The translations under genes were made by a program, and so were the position numbers. From contig JASTWF010000367.1 of assembly GCA_030390025.1 (NCBI GenBank), positions 248,001 to 312,000 of the forward strand: DNA of 64,000 bases. Direction: 5' to 3'. A model generated the notes under the pieces. It worked only from the letters and a program-made list of their open reading frames with translations. It was not told the origin of the DNA and did not search any database. This DNA comes from Squalus acanthias (Eukaryota). This document shows positions 60,801 through 64,000 of the stretch, piece after piece (the first letter of the stretch is position 1; the number at the start of each line of letters is the position of its first letter).

Positions 60801-63591
60801 TCAGCCATGATCTCATCGAATGGCGGAGCAGGCTCGTGGGGCCGAATGGCCTACTCCTGCTCCTATCTTCTATGTTTCTATGTTTCTATATGGGACTGGA
60901 TTTGACACGGTAATGTAATGGGTAAATTTTTCATGCCTTTGCTGTCTATTTTACATGCTGATATTACATGATGTGGTTGATTACACATCGCCGTCTCACG
61001 ATTGTAGCTGGGTGCAGATACATCGCTGACTGATAGAATTAAAACCTCTGCCTGCTGCCTGACTCCTGCCTTAAATACAGTTGGTCCTCTGAATCCAGTT
61101 CAATGAGAATGTGCCGATTAAAAAAAAACTGCCCACAATTCGCCACCACTTCCCAAAGAAGCTGGATCCCAGCAGGATTGGCACTGCCTGGGATCCATGG
61201 GAAATGAAACCATGTGGCGTTTGGCTTTTTGAACCGCAGGATGGCGCTTAATCAGAATTAATGAAAAAAAGGCCAATCACATTTAAATAACTGAGGCTAT
61301 TGTTAGAGTAAGGGTTTTCAATACGGTTCTTGAACATTGTAGTGAGGTGTCATCGGTTTATTGAGCACGCAGTACATGCAATAGTATTAAACACACTAAT
61401 AAAAGGCACAAATTACAGCCACATCTGATGATGGTTGGTTGGGAATTCAAAAGTGTTTCAAATACTCATTACAAACAGATCGTTTTTATACATTTCTCTC
61501 ACTCCCTCTACTTGGAAATCCATAAAATTCTCTATTACAAAGATATATAATAGTTAAAATTCAACTCAATATATACGGTGAATTAATTTACATATATTCA
61601 TCAATCACGATAGCTTTGCTTACTAAACAAGCTGTGCTTCTCCATTGGGCTAATAATTATTTTCACCTTAGTTCTTGAAATAATCGTTAGCTTCACTCTT
61701 GATCCGTATAATTACAATTCTACCAAGTGAAATATTGAATGATAGGTCTTGCTTTGTTTCTGTATCACTGATGTCAATTAAAAATGACGATGTAGGTCCA
61801 GACGAATTCCTTTGCAGAAGTAACACTTTCTCACACGTTATCAAACCATTAAAGATCTCTAAAACATTATGAATCAGTTTGGGATGGCATGTCTGTAATT
61901 ACATATCTGATTACTTCATTCTGAAACTGACTATTGCTGCAGGGTCAGTCCTGGCCCATCAGCCAGAGCAATCATATTTAGACTGACTTCTACTTCCCTA
62001 CTTAACACGCAAGGGCTAAAGATTGAAATTACTGCAATATAAAGAGAAACCAATACAGTATAACATTAACAGACTTTGGGAGAGTCTGATTAACCCTATG
62101 CTCATAGTGTCCCCTCTGTTGGGGTTAGAGTATTTAAGGCCATCACTAAACAATATCTCATCAGCACCAAATATGTATCTCGACCGACTCATTTGAGCAG
62201 ATCTCTACCCATTGGTTTTACACATGTTTTCATTCTCTAGAGACAAATTAACCATTTTACACAGTGGTGTTATCAGCGTGACAAACCATGTTATGACCCG
62301 TTCTTCTGCGCATCTTCATCAAATGTTCCGCATGCTGGTTGCTTCATGGGCCACACAACATTTCCGCTCACACAGCGATACCCCAAGATCACCCAGCACA
62401 AGATATCCGATACAAGACACTCCTGCCCTTTCTGGAAATCTATCAATGGATCGGGTGTCCTGAGGTGTTCCATTAGAATCTCTCCCTGCATGTCCCGATG
62501 TTACATATAGTGAAAAGCTAACCAATACATTCTCCTCATTGTTCAGTACAAACAAGGACACAATCATTTCCCTCAGAAAGCTATCAATTGGCCATTATAA
62601 CTACACTTTCCTGACTTTTACTATATTGTCTATTAATATCAGGTTACTCAGGTGATTTAAGTAAAACAGGGACGGGTACTGATAGATAGAATCAGACTGC
62701 TTCCATTAATTGAGGGATCTGTAAAAAATGGCCATTGATTAAATAATAACCGTAAGAAATTTAGAACTGAGAGTAGGTGAAACCTCTTTACATGGAAAGT
62801 TGAGAAACTGTGGATTTAACGGAGGCAGAAATTATATCAATATTCAATTGTACAGATGGATGAATACAAAATTATTGAAGGGCTGTTGAGAAAGAGCGGG
62901 TACAGTGATTGGAAGTAATTGTTAGGGTGGAGGGTAATCGCCGGCTAGGACTAGTTTCGTCGAGCAGCCTGCTCCCCTGTCGTAGCATTCCAACATGTTG
63001 ATGACCCGTTGAAATTTTAAGTAAATATCTATGAACAAAGATGTCTATTGTCACATTGACGTGTCAAGTTCCTACTGTATCCATCATTCGACACTGATCA
63101 GGAGACAGGCCCCGTTCTATTGGTCCAGGAGACAATGGGGGGCGGAGTCTGATGGGGAGACCAGCGCCTGCAACATTCACACCGAGATTACAGAATTACA
63201 GATAACCACCATTGTAACACATTGTTTCTACATTAACGGAAACTGTATATATTTATTAAATTGGAGCGTCTCATTGCAGTACCTGCGGTGTGAGGCAGGT
63301 ATCGCTGACGCCCACATGTTCCACTCCACTGCTAAAGCTCAGTCATGACTGTTCTCTTTGGATCTTGAGCGGGAAGCGCGCTGTTTTAGCTGAATCGATT
63401 CTGTTCACCCGGGGAAAGCGATAGACATCAAACACACGGCACAAAGTGGAAGAAATGTTCTCTGATACCTGTTTATTTTAACAACAACAACCCATTTCCT
63501 TCTTAAAGGACAGACAGCTATTCTGAAATGGAACACCTGCTGTAATTTAACTCTAGTTAGGACAGGATGCTTTAGATAACTTTTTTATTTT

Positions 63592-64000
63592 TTAACCAAA
63601 AAATGTGCAAGGCCATTTCACCACATTCTTCAGCTCTTCCCTGAATTTACTTTGGGTAGCTGCATAAATACATGTGTTTGTACAGGAACTCAAATACATG
63701 AGCATATACCCGGTTTCAGTGGCAATATAGGCAGGAGCTGCAGAATCACCTCGATACTGCGCGGTGTTTGTCAGTCTGGTAGTTAAAAATCTAACGATAG
63801 CTGTCAGCCACAACATTATAAAACTGCCCGATACACTGAACAGTAAAATAATGGATTTCCTTCGGTTCTCCATCTCTGGATCGCTCTGATTCTCACTGTT
63901 GTGACCCCGGAGTCCCCTGCGGGCTCTGCTGGCCTGTAAAATGCGTCTGACTGTCAAACAATTAAATAGTAATATCAAAGCAAAAGCAAGCCAAGCAACC
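63592..64000 (-). CDS. Second GPR139-like GPCR, C-terminal part (TM5-TM7); 5' end outside the window
   Basis: NCLTVRRIL.ASRARRGLRGH.SENQSDPEME.RRKSIILLF shared with 43094-43998. The frame is open up to the window edge. Confidence 0.9.
   Translation of the reverse strand, partial: VAWLAFALILLFNCLTVRRILQASRARRGLRGHNSENQSDPEMENRRKSIILLFSVSGSFIMLWLTAIVRFLTTRLTNTAQYRGDSAAPAYIATETGYMLMYLSSCTNTCIYAATQSKFREELKNVVKWPCTFFG

Larger units (their letters stand above)
56261..60889 (+). mobile_element. Full-length CR1 LINE (5' UTR monomers, intact ORF1, ORF2 with in-frame stops, (TTCTATGT)n tail)
   Basis: ORF2 stays in one frame from about 57980 to 60790, with TAA at 58061, 58157 and 60005. APE and RT (KFADD) motifs. 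Confidence 0.96.

Overview
Vertebrate genomic DNA, most likely from a cartilaginous fish. This is inferred from the repeat families, the NLR architecture and the GPR139-like genes; it was not checked against a database. Most of the window is transposon-derived: many CR1 LINEs (one full-length, several nested), L2-type LINEs, Penelope-like elements carrying minimal hammerhead ribozyme motifs, PIF/Harbinger relics and MITEs, a solo LTR, a Deu-type tRNA SINE and several minisatellites. Host genes are: (i) a six-exon + strand NLR (death-fold half, NACHT, short LRR; 3998-28757) with one in-frame stop in the NACHT exon and no start exon visible; (ii) an intact two-exon GPR139-like class A GPCR on the - strand (43094-44458); (iii) the 3' end of a second GPR139-like paralogue running off the window end. 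The most notable structures are an 88-bp-arm palindrome built from two inverted hammerhead motifs, a 1.4-kb local templated duplication bracketed by a 42-bp direct repeat, and a CR1 5' UTR made of 75-bp CpG-rich monomers. I cannot support a wholly new biological system from sequence alone. Element boundaries without a stated TSD or splice site are approximate.
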